Of a DNA stretch of 64,000 nucleotides, positions 26,893 through 34,076 are shown one piece after another. The first letter of the stretch is position 1; each line of letters opens with the position of its first letter. The notes below the pieces were generated by a model, which was not told where the DNA came from, searched no databases, and saw nothing but the letters and a program-made list of their open reading frames with translations. The position numbers and the translations under genes are program-made. The DNA lies in IMG/VR virus record IMGVR_UViG_3300019487_000319, one strand, 5' to 3'. The DNA comes from a virus.

Positions 26893-27771
26893 ATGAACTA
26901 TCCAGATATTAACATTCTAGTCAACGGCAACCGTTGCAAATTCTATTACCACGAAGGAAAAACATACATTGAGGCTAAACATGGCTCTGAGTATGAAATT
27001 GAAATTAAAAATACCGGCTGGGGTCGTATAGAAGCTGTGTGTTCCGTTGATGGACTTTCCGTAATGACCGGAAAAAGTGCGGACGAAAAAGAAAATGGAT
27101 ACGTAATTGACGCGTATCATCCTCTAAGAATCAAGGGATTTAGATATTCTAATGACCATGTAGGTTCTTTTAAATTCGAGTTAAAGGAAAATTCCTACGC
27201 AGCTTCTAAAGGAAAGAAAGCCAAAAGAAATTGTGGTGTAATTGGAATTCGTTTGTTTGAAGAAGAACAGGAGCCTGTTCTTCTTCCGACTGTATGGATA
27301 AATCACATTTATCATCATGATGATTTTAATCCAAAACCATATACAAAACCTTATAAACCATATTGGGATGACAATATTACATGGTGTGGAACGAATTCTT
27401 TGGGTGGAAATTTTAGTACAACTCATGAAATAAACCTATCAGGATTAAATTCATCGGTATCTACAAAAGGTTTGTCAGTACAGCCTATGAAATCTTGTTA
27501 TGATGCTAATGTTCTTCGTTCGGTTGAACAAAAAGCAAAAAAACAACCAAAGGGATTTGATATGGGTACAGCATGGGGGTCTAAAAAGGAAAGCAAGGTT
27601 GTCACGGTATCATTCAACCGTGGCTCTATGGGATTCTCTACGGATATCTATTATGCAAGTCGAGACTCATTGATTGAAATGGGGGTGCCTATTGAAAATC
27701 ATACAAAAGTCGTGGCACCAAAAAGTTTTCCTGGTGGATATGCCCAACCGCCTAAAGGATGGAACGGATAA
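26893..27771 (+). CDS. hypothetical protein (stand-alone plus-strand transcription unit)
   Basis: 292-aa ORF with the RBS-like aaagaaagagataagattATG. It is followed by a strong hairpin terminator. No recognisable motif. Confidence 0.6.
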   Translation: MNYPDINILVNGNRCKFYYHEGKTYIEAKHGSEYEIEIKNTGWGRIEAVCSVDGLSVMTGKSADEKENGYVIDAYHPLRIKGFRYSNDHVGSFKFELKENSYAASKGKKAKRNCGVIGIRLFEEEQEPVLLPTVWINHIYHHDDFNPKPYTKPYKPYWDDNITWCGTNSLGGNFSTTHEINLSGLNSSVSTKGLSVQPMKSCYDANVLRSVEQKAKKQPKGFDMGTAWGSKKESKVVTVSFNRGSMGFSTDIYYASRDSLIEMGVPIENHTKVVAPKSFPGGYAQPPKGWNG

Positions 27772-27787
27772 CTAAGTTACAAAATAC

Positions 27788-27820
27788 AAAAGCCTCCGGA
27801 TTTCTCCGGAGGCTTTTTTA
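27788..27820. terminator. bidirectional rho-independent terminator
   Basis: aaaaGCCTCCGGAtttcTCCGGAGGCtttttt: a 9-bp GC-rich stem flanked by an A-run and a T-run. It sits between the converging ORFs 26893-27771 (+) and 27818-28003 (-). Confidence 0.75.
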
Positions 27821-28003
27821 GTCTTCATAAAGTGGTCCCCATTCACCTGGCTCTATTTTTTGATAGGCAATTATTCTTTTTACGACTTTTGGTTTTAGAG
27901 AGTCTTCTTTTTTTGCTTCCTGCATCTCTCCGAATTTTTCCATCCTTTGTTGACCTTTTTTATCGGCTTCTTTTTCTTTGTCGGTCTTTTTTCTTCTGGG
28001 CAT
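27818..28003 (-). CDS. small Lys/Glu-rich hypothetical protein
   Basis: 61-aa ORF whose ATG lies inside the 3' part of the upstream ORF, in another frame. Confidence 0.4.
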   Translation of the reverse strand: MPRRKKTDKEKEADKKGQQRMEKFGEMQEAKKEDSLKPKVVKRIIAYQKIEPGEWGPLYED

Positions 28004-28191
28004 GATATCACCACCGTTTCATACAGTTCTTTGTTCAACTCCGTTTCGAGGTATCTCTTCAATAATTTTTCAGTTTTTGGATTGACTTCAACGTGAAGTT
28101 TTTGTTCTAATTCACACGTCCATTTACCCTTTAGTTTTTTTCCCCGTTTGGTTATAGGAGCAGAAACAAATTGAAAAGTAATAGTTTTCAT
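27895..28191 (-). CDS. hypothetical protein
   Basis: The preferred start MKTITFQF... forms an ATGA overlap with the stop of 28188-29264. The Lys-rich 3' end overlaps 27818-28003. Confidence 0.45.
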   Translation of the reverse strand: MKTITFQFVSAPITKRGKKLKGKWTCELEQKLHVEVNPKTEKLLKRYLETELNKELYETVVISCPEEKRPTKKKKPIKKVNKGWKNSERCRKQKKKTL

Positions 28192-29264
28192 TCTCTGACA
28201 TAACCATCTAACTTCATGAAGCAATCATTTGCCCATGTTTGATAGTTTGGAATATTATTCCACAACTTGTCTTCGGTTATTAACTTTGAAAACTCGAATC
28301 GATTCAACTTTGTGATGGGTTGGTCTAATGTATCCTTGACATGTAATTGAGCAAAAGTTTGTAATTGAGTATCATGCAATTGCATCAACTCATAGTTTCT
28401 ACTAAGAATAGATTCGGCGGTCTTGATATTTTCATATATCTTCCAGTCGTGTTCAGGATTTTGACACAATTGTAACAAGTCTTGTGTGGTAAGTTTCTTT
28501 TCATCCTTCAACTGAGGAAACGCTTTCAACAACGTTTTTAGACCACACCCTCTGACGCCAGGAATATTATCTGACACATCTCCATCCAAGGCTCTATATA
28601 AGGCGAAATTAATCGGATGAATACCGTATTCATTTACTACTTCGGCCGGGCCGTAAAGCTTCTTCTTTGTTGGACTCCACACCGTAACACGTTCGTTGAT
28701 TAATTGTAAAAAGTCTTTGTCTGAGGACATAATACAAACATCCCAATCTTTGAAATGTTCCACCGAACAATATGCAATTGTATCGTCGGCTTCTACATTA
28801 TCAAGGGATAAAATATTTACAGGCAAAATTTGCAAATAGGAAACGGTTCTTTGAAGTTGTTTCTTTAGATTCTTTTCTTCTTCGTTCAATCCTTCTTCGG
28901 TATTTTCATACGCCCGATTTAAACGAATTTTTGTTTTTCTTTTATCTTTGTATTCAGGATAAATTTTACGTCTTTTAAGTGATCCACCGGGACCGTCAAA
29001 GATGATAACACATCGGTCCGGTTGTGTTAATTTTAATGCATAACCTACACTTTTTAAAAATCCGGATATTCCTCCTGTGTGGACACCATCTTCATTCATA
29101 GCAGGAATTGCAGCAAAACACCGTAAGAAAGTATTGTATCCATCTACAAGTAGTACCTTCTTACGAATAGAGTTAGTTAAACCATTTGATTGTGCTTGAG
29201 TTTTGGAATCCTTAATGTTTTCCCAGATGGAAAATAGCTTACCCTTTTGTGTCCCATCCATCAT
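28188..29264 (-). CDS. 5'-3' exonuclease / flap endonuclease (T4 RNase H-like)
   Basis: KKVLLVDGYNTFLRCF, VIIFDGPGGSLKRRKIYPEYK, EADD, SSDKDFLQL and DVSDNIPGVRGCGLKT (H3TH). These are the PIN-like FEN blocks. Confidence 0.8.
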   Translation of the reverse strand: MMDGTQKGKLFSIWENIKDSKTQAQSNGLTNSIRKKVLLVDGYNTFLRCFAAIPAMNEDGVHTGGISGFLKSVGYALKLTQPDRCVIIFDGPGGSLKRRKIYPEYKDKRKTKIRLNRAYENTEEGLNEEEKNLKKQLQRTVSYLQILPVNILSLDNVEADDTIAYCSVEHFKDWDVCIMSSDKDFLQLINERVTVWSPTKKKLYGPAEVVNEYGIHPINFALYRALDGDVSDNIPGVRGCGLKTLLKAFPQLKDEKKLTTQDLLQLCQNPEHDWKIYENIKTAESILSRNYELMQLHDTQLQTFAQLHVKDTLDQPITKLNRFEFSKLITEDKLWNNIPNYQTWANDCFMKLDGYVRE

Positions 29265-29267
29265 AAC

Positions 29268-30437
29268 TTATTCGTCAGATACTTCCTTTCCTGCAATTTC
29301 TGAATCCTCGTCGTTGGTTACAGTAACGTCTTCGTCGATTTTACTGTTTGGGTCCCTGTATTTCATTATATAGGAATTACAGATTACTCCGTAAACCTTC
29401 TGTTTGAAGTCAGCGTCTGTGTTAACCTTTTCAACGAATTCTCTGGTAGTAAGTCTGAATGACTCTTCTCCTATATCAATGGTATATGCGCCACTTGCGG
29501 CCTTTGCATGTCCATTTTCCTTCAACCAATCAAGCCAGCTGGCAAGGTCTTGAATACCAGAATCAAAGAAGATACTGAAATCAGCAGTTCTTTGCGGCGG
29601 TCCCATACGATTCTTTACCACTTGGGCTTTACACTTATTTCCTATAACATCATCGCCCTTCTTGATTTTACCAAGGTTGCTCAAACGAACACGAACCGAA
29701 CAGTGATATGCAAGTGATTTTCCACCACTTACTACATATTTATCACCAAATGCCATGGCAGCCATGTTCATACGAAGTTGGTTTGTAAATACAATCAATA
29801 CTCTCTGTTTTCCAATGAGATTAGTAATCTTTCTCATGGCCTTGGAAATAATGATTGACTTGGATGTATTGTATCCGTCCTTGCCGTGTTCCGATTCCAT
29901 TTCGGTTTCACAACTAGCAGCGGCCACGGAATCAACCACGATGGTTAATATACGGTCGCTATTAGATTTACGGATAGTACCAATAATGTGTTCCATATAA
30001 GCAAAAATCTCTTCAACCGTTGTAAGATTGACGTATGGACACGCACCAAGATTAACGCCGATTGCCTTCCAAAAATCAGGAGCAGCGGCGGTTTCGGTAT
30101 CAATCATTACACCAATGCCGCCTTTCTTTTGGGTGTTAGCGATAATGTGAGCAGCAATAAGGGATTTTCCTGACCCCTCCAAACCATTTAATTCAACCAT
30201 TCTTCCAACCGGCAAGCCGCCGTCGGCACGATTAGAAATAGCTAAATCAAGTAATGTGGAACCAGTAGATATCCAATCGGTAATAACCGATGGGTCTTCT
30301 TGGTCGTCTAAGAAGAAGGCGACCTTACCACCTTCTTTGTTTAATTTATTCAACGAATCAACTAACAAATCGGCTAATTCATCACGTCCGACTTTATCAG
30401 TAGTGGACACGACTGATCCTTTTTCTCTTTTCTTCAT
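29268..30437 (-). CDS. RecA/UvsX-family recombinase
   Basis: GGLPVGRMVELNGLEGSGKS (Walker A), TIVVDSVAA (Walker B) and an FTNQLR block. It is adjacent to the SSB gene. Confidence 0.8.
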   Translation of the reverse strand: MKKREKGSVVSTTDKVGRDELADLLVDSLNKLNKEGGKVAFFLDDQEDPSVITDWISTGSTLLDLAISNRADGGLPVGRMVELNGLEGSGKSLIAAHIIANTQKKGGIGVMIDTETAAAPDFWKAIGVNLGACPYVNLTTVEEIFAYMEHIIGTIRKSNSDRILTIVVDSVAAASCETEMESEHGKDGYNTSKSIIISKAMRKITNLIGKQRVLIVFTNQLRMNMAAMAFGDKYVVSGGKSLAYHCSVRVRLSNLGKIKKGDDVIGNKCKAQVVKNRMGPPQRTADFSIFFDSGIQDLASWLDWLKENGHAKAASGAYTIDIGEESFRLTTREFVEKVNTDADFKQKVYGVICNSYIMKYRDPNSKIDEDVTVTNDEDSEIAGKEVSDE

Positions 30438-30457
30438 AATGATATCTTTCTAATAAT

Positions 30458-30487
30458 TCTGAAAGGGAAGTCTTTTCAGACTCCCCG
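30458..30487 (-). terminator. possible terminator after the SSB gene
   Basis: The minus strand reads GGGGAGTCTgaaaAGACTTCCC (one mismatch) followed by tttc. The T-tract is weak. Confidence 0.3.
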
Positions 30488-30504
30488 TTTCAGTTTATTT
30501 ATGA

Positions 30505-31434
30505 TTAACTGTTGAATAACTTGTCAAACGCTGAATTAAACTCAGTAACACTGGCTTTTGCGGCCGCTACAGCGGTAGGCGACTTTGGAGTGGTTACAGG
30601 AGACTTTGTTTGGCTGGGAGTGGAAACCGTTGGTGCGGGTTCTTCCACTTGAGCTTCTACAGACGTTGATTCGATTTCTGGTGTAGCCTCGACAGCCGTT
30701 TCATCGGTTGAGTCCGTTGTTTCGGTTTCAGTAGAACCATCAGTTCCGTCTTCACGCTTCTTTAGATACTCTTCGAGATTGTTTTTCAAATCGTCGTAGG
30801 TAGCTACTTCATAGACTTCAAGAAGGTTTGGTTGTTTCTTGAGAATGTTTTCAACAAGTGATTTTGCGTTAGGCAACTTCGTATCAATGACCGGACAAGG
30901 ACGAGGCTTTGGGAGAATTGAAGTGTCAGGATATTGTTTTCCTGCAACCGACTTACATTCTACAACCATATCAAATCCATTTGAAACGTCTGTGATATCA
31001 CCGTAATCTGGTTCCGACATAAATCCAAGCAATTGCTTGTAAACCGTCTGTCCAAAACCCCAGAAACGAACACCCTTATCTTCTTCTCCACGAACGATTA
31101 CGGGAACATAGGTTCGAAGTTTAGGTTCAAGGTTTCTTCCCAATCTCCATTGGTCTTTATCTCCACTCTTCTTTAAGTGGTCGGATAATTCTACAACCGG
31201 GTCAGGTTGATTAAACGTAGCTGGACTCAAAAACGTCTTGTTGTTTAGTCCGTAATGGAACTTTAATTCCACGAAAGGATTTTCTGGTTGGTGTTGGTAA
31301 GGAACAATACGTACAACATACTTTCCTTTATCCTTTTCAGGCTTCCAGATAAATTGTTTGGTTTTGGAGGATTTCTCGTTTTTCTTGTCCAGTTGTTGGA
31401 GACGAGCTTTAATTGCGGCTAAGTCAATAGGCAT
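30505..31434 (-). CDS. single-stranded DNA-binding protein (T4 gp32-like)
   Basis: DLAAIKARLQQL...FIWKPEKDKGKYVVRIVPY...FVELKFHYG...RTYVPVIVRGEEDKGVRFWGFGQTVYKQL...GFDMVVECK parallels the gp32 blocks. The tail is acidic then PT-rich. Confidence 0.8.
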   Translation of the reverse strand: MPIDLAAIKARLQQLDKKNEKSSKTKQFIWKPEKDKGKYVVRIVPYQHQPENPFVELKFHYGLNNKTFLSPATFNQPDPVVELSDHLKKSGDKDQWRLGRNLEPKLRTYVPVIVRGEEDKGVRFWGFGQTVYKQLLGFMSEPDYGDITDVSNGFDMVVECKSVAGKQYPDTSILPKPRPCPVIDTKLPNAKSLVENILKKQPNLLEVYEVATYDDLKNNLEEYLKKREDGTDGSTETETTDSTDETAVEATPEIESTSVEAQVEEPAPTVSTPSQTKSPVTTPKSPTAVAAAKASVTEFNSAFDKLFNS

Positions 31435-31540
31435 AATTTTTTAATTGTTTAAATGTTTAATTAGTAATTCAATCGTTAACTCAATAAGTTAATTCTTGGT
31501 TACTAATACATATAAACCTTACCGCCTAAAGATTCAATTC

Positions 31541-31945
31541 TCAACTTATAATATCAAAAATTTTTATCGGAATAATTTTAACGGAAATTTCGTTTGTTAT
31601 AATCAGAGAATTTTGATACAACGACCAATTCACGGAAAACTTTTTATCAAACACACCATTATTTTCGTCTTCAATCAATCGATTCATTGCGTTCAATGTG
31701 TAAAGAGTGTTCGTTAATTTTTTTCTATGAATAGAAATTGTGTCGTGTAATTTATTTTTAGATTGATTTTCTTGGATGCCTATCACGTTGTAGGTAATGA
31801 ATATCTCTTTTGGAGAAATAGTATTCAAGAACACAAAAAATTTTCCATCATCGGATATTCTATAAAACCGTTTTATTTCTTCAATGGTTTTTTCGAATGT
31901 AGTGTCTGTGGAAAACGTACATAATAACTGTCGTTTTTCATTCAT
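31541..31945 (-). CDS. hypothetical protein
   Basis: 134-aa ORF, co-oriented with its neighbours. Confidence 0.5.
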   Translation of the reverse strand: MNEKRQLLCTFSTDTTFEKTIEEIKRFYRISDDGKFFVFLNTISPKEIFITYNVIGIQENQSKNKLHDTISIHRKKLTNTLYTLNAMNRLIEDENNGVFDKKFSVNWSLYQNSLIITNEISVKIIPIKIFDIIS

Positions 31946-31949
31946 AGAA

Positions 31950-32636
31950 TTAACTCTTTGGATGATTTTTTAATGCATCCAAGATATATTGTGGGCCATT
32001 ATTTTCAATCCACGTTGATACCTCTTGTAACAATGAATCATCGGATTGTAAAATCTTTTTTATTACCGTCGAGTCCGCTTTTTTCTCTGCCGAACTTTTT
32101 GGTTCGGGTGGAGGGAGTTTAGTTGGTTCTGGTTCAGGTTCTGCGGCCGGTGCATCAACCGATACAACATTAGTAGGAGCAGGTGCTTCTGGAGTTGCAG
32201 GCACTTCTGCTGGTTTTTCTGAAGCCACAGAAGAAATAGGTAACGATGTTGTTGGTGGTTTTTGTTCTGCACCGGGAGAATCTTTTGGAGGTTCTTCTTT
32301 TGTTGGTGTTCCGCCCTCTGGTGGTTGTCCGAATAAATTAGTTTGCGGTGCCGGCTTCTTTTCAAAATGAGTTCCACGCTGAATGGCACGTTGTTTATAT
32401 TCTGGTGTAGGAAAGGTTACTAAAAGACCGTCTTTGTTGTATGCTTGACGTTCTGGATATTTTCCCTCAAGAACCTTATTGGAAAACTCTACAACTTCTT
32501 TGGTAGGTATTCCTTTTTTGGTTAAATAATCACGTAATGCCTCCATGTGTTCATTACAAGAAATTTCAAAAACACCATCTTTAACACGGGGGTCAACACT
32601 TACTTGGTTAAGAATCTTTTCTATAATCGTTGTCAT
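31950..32636 (-). CDS. hypothetical protein with a long Pro/Glu/Ala-rich linker
   Basis: 228 aa. A structured N-terminal domain, then PAPQT...EPEPEPTKLPPPEPK, then a short C-terminal domain. Confidence 0.55.
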   Translation of the reverse strand: MTTIIEKILNQVSVDPRVKDGVFEISCNEHMEALRDYLTKKGIPTKEVVEFSNKVLEGKYPERQAYNKDGLLVTFPTPEYKQRAIQRGTHFEKKPAPQTNLFGQPPEGGTPTKEEPPKDSPGAEQKPPTTSLPISSVASEKPAEVPATPEAPAPTNVVSVDAPAAEPEPEPTKLPPPEPKSSAEKKADSTVIKKILQSDDSLLQEVSTWIENNGPQYILDALKNHPKS

Positions 32637-32681
32637 AACTTGTCGCTATGACTATAAATATTCAAATAAATTCGAAAACCC

Positions 32682-34064
32682 TTATAATTGTATCTGTTTT
32701 ACTTCGTTGTAAGAATCTCCGACATATATCTTTAATGGGAATCTATCTCCCATTTTCATAATTGATATAATGTCATTAAGTGTGTTGGCTCCATCGTCCT
32801 TACAAAAATCAAATAATATAGAATCATACGTATATAATACCGTTTTTGTTTGCTTATCTCTCAAATACTGATTGATTTGTTTTAACGATGTCATCGCAAT
32901 TTCAGTTTCCGTCGCTTGAAGAATATAATTAAACAACTTACTCGGATTTGGGTCGAGAACGTGTTGATTCGTAATTCTCCGTTTAAAAATTGGTGTCAAT
33001 ACAAATCCATTCGATAAGAAAAATTCCCAATTAGTTTTTATAAAATTATCTAAGTTTTTCAAATATTTTATGGTTCTATATTCATCTTCTACTCCACCAT
33101 AAAGTTGTCTAAAAGTTAATGTTTTTGATTCATCCATTTCATATTCAGATAATTCTTTTTTCTTAAAATACAACTCTCCCAAATATCGATAGATATCTAC
33201 ATCGATGGATAAATTGAATTTTGTTAAGTGACAAATAATTCGAGGATGGAATGCGGAATAGTCAATTAACACCATTTTTCCATCTTTTCCAAATCTTGAT
33301 TTAAAACACGACCTTACACCATTTTCTTTATTCAGAGCAGCATAGTTAACATTTTGAAATCTGTTGCTAGGTCTTCCTGTAGAAGTGTAGATGTTGTATT
33401 GACTATAAACCATATCTCCTTTATACACGTCTGCATTTTCATGAAATTTGTTAAAACATGTTTTGTTTACATAGATTCCATTTTCTTCTAATTCTGATAA
33501 CGTTTCGATAATGATTTCATTCTCTTTATCATAACCATCATCCTTTTTACAGTTTGGAATCGATTCAAAAAACACTGTACACATTTTATCAAATAATTCC
33601 TTATGTTTCAAAATTGGTATTGATTGATTTGCATCTTTCTTTGTTAAAGATTTTATCAATTTATGTGCAGCAGTTTCGTATTGAGATTCTTCGACCATTT
33701 TATTTTCCGACAAAAATATTAATAAATTTATATCATTTATAGATGGAAGTCTTATTTGTTGTATCGTTGACTTTTTATCAAATGCCCATCTTGATTTAGT
33801 GACTCGATTCAAATCAAAAATCAGTTTGTCTTTGTCTGTAAGTATTTTTCCATCGGGATGAGAAATAGATACGTTATAAGTTTTTTTGGTCGAGACATCT
33901 TTTACTAATACAACTGATGTGGGAGATTGTGTCGGATGGACATGAGGATTTCTCGGAATGGCTTGAATGATTACACCATGACCTTCAATCTCCGATAAAA
34001 ATCGATTATACTCTTCCACCGAATTCATTATCAGTACACTACTTAAAGGGTGAGGTAGTGTCAA
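32682..34064 (-). CDS. family A DNA polymerase, short and divergent (polymerase domain)
   Basis: Motif A-like is MVLIDYSAFHPRI, motif B-like is SKTLTFRQLYGG, and motif C-like is VLYTYDSILFDF. Only 460 aa. The likely true start is Met13 (MNSVEEY). Confidence 0.7.
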   Translation of the reverse strand: MTLPHPLSSVLIMNSVEEYNRFLSEIEGHGVIIQAIPRNPHVHPTQSPTSVVLVKDVSTKKTYNVSISHPDGKILTDKDKLIFDLNRVTKSRWAFDKKSTIQQIRLPSINDINLLIFLSENKMVEESQYETAAHKLIKSLTKKDANQSIPILKHKELFDKMCTVFFESIPNCKKDDGYDKENEIIIETLSELEENGIYVNKTCFNKFHENADVYKGDMVYSQYNIYTSTGRPSNRFQNVNYAALNKENGVRSCFKSRFGKDGKMVLIDYSAFHPRIICHLTKFNLSIDVDIYRYLGELYFKKKELSEYEMDESKTLTFRQLYGGVEDEYRTIKYLKNLDNFIKTNWEFFLSNGFVLTPIFKRRITNQHVLDPNPSKLFNYILQATETEIAMTSLKQINQYLRDKQTKTVLYTYDSILFDFCKDDGANTLNDIISIMKMGDRFPLKIYVGDSYNEVKQIQL

Positions 34065-34076
34065 TTTTTATTATAC

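Noticed and set aside
27986-27992. An A AAA AAG run at the junction of overlapping ORFs 27895-28191 and 27818-28003, considered as a dnaX-type -1 frameshift site.
   Set aside because: The AAA-AAG codons are in phase with the downstream ORF, which has its own ATG at 28003, not with the upstream ORF. A -1 slip from the upstream frame would therefore not use this heptamer. Simple gene overlap in A-rich sequence explains it.
32063-32389. 108-aa alternative-frame ORF inside 31950-32636.
   Set aside because: It lies in the repetitive Pro/Glu-rich coding stretch, on the same strand in a different frame. Its Gln/Lys/Leu-rich product looks like a frame artefact.
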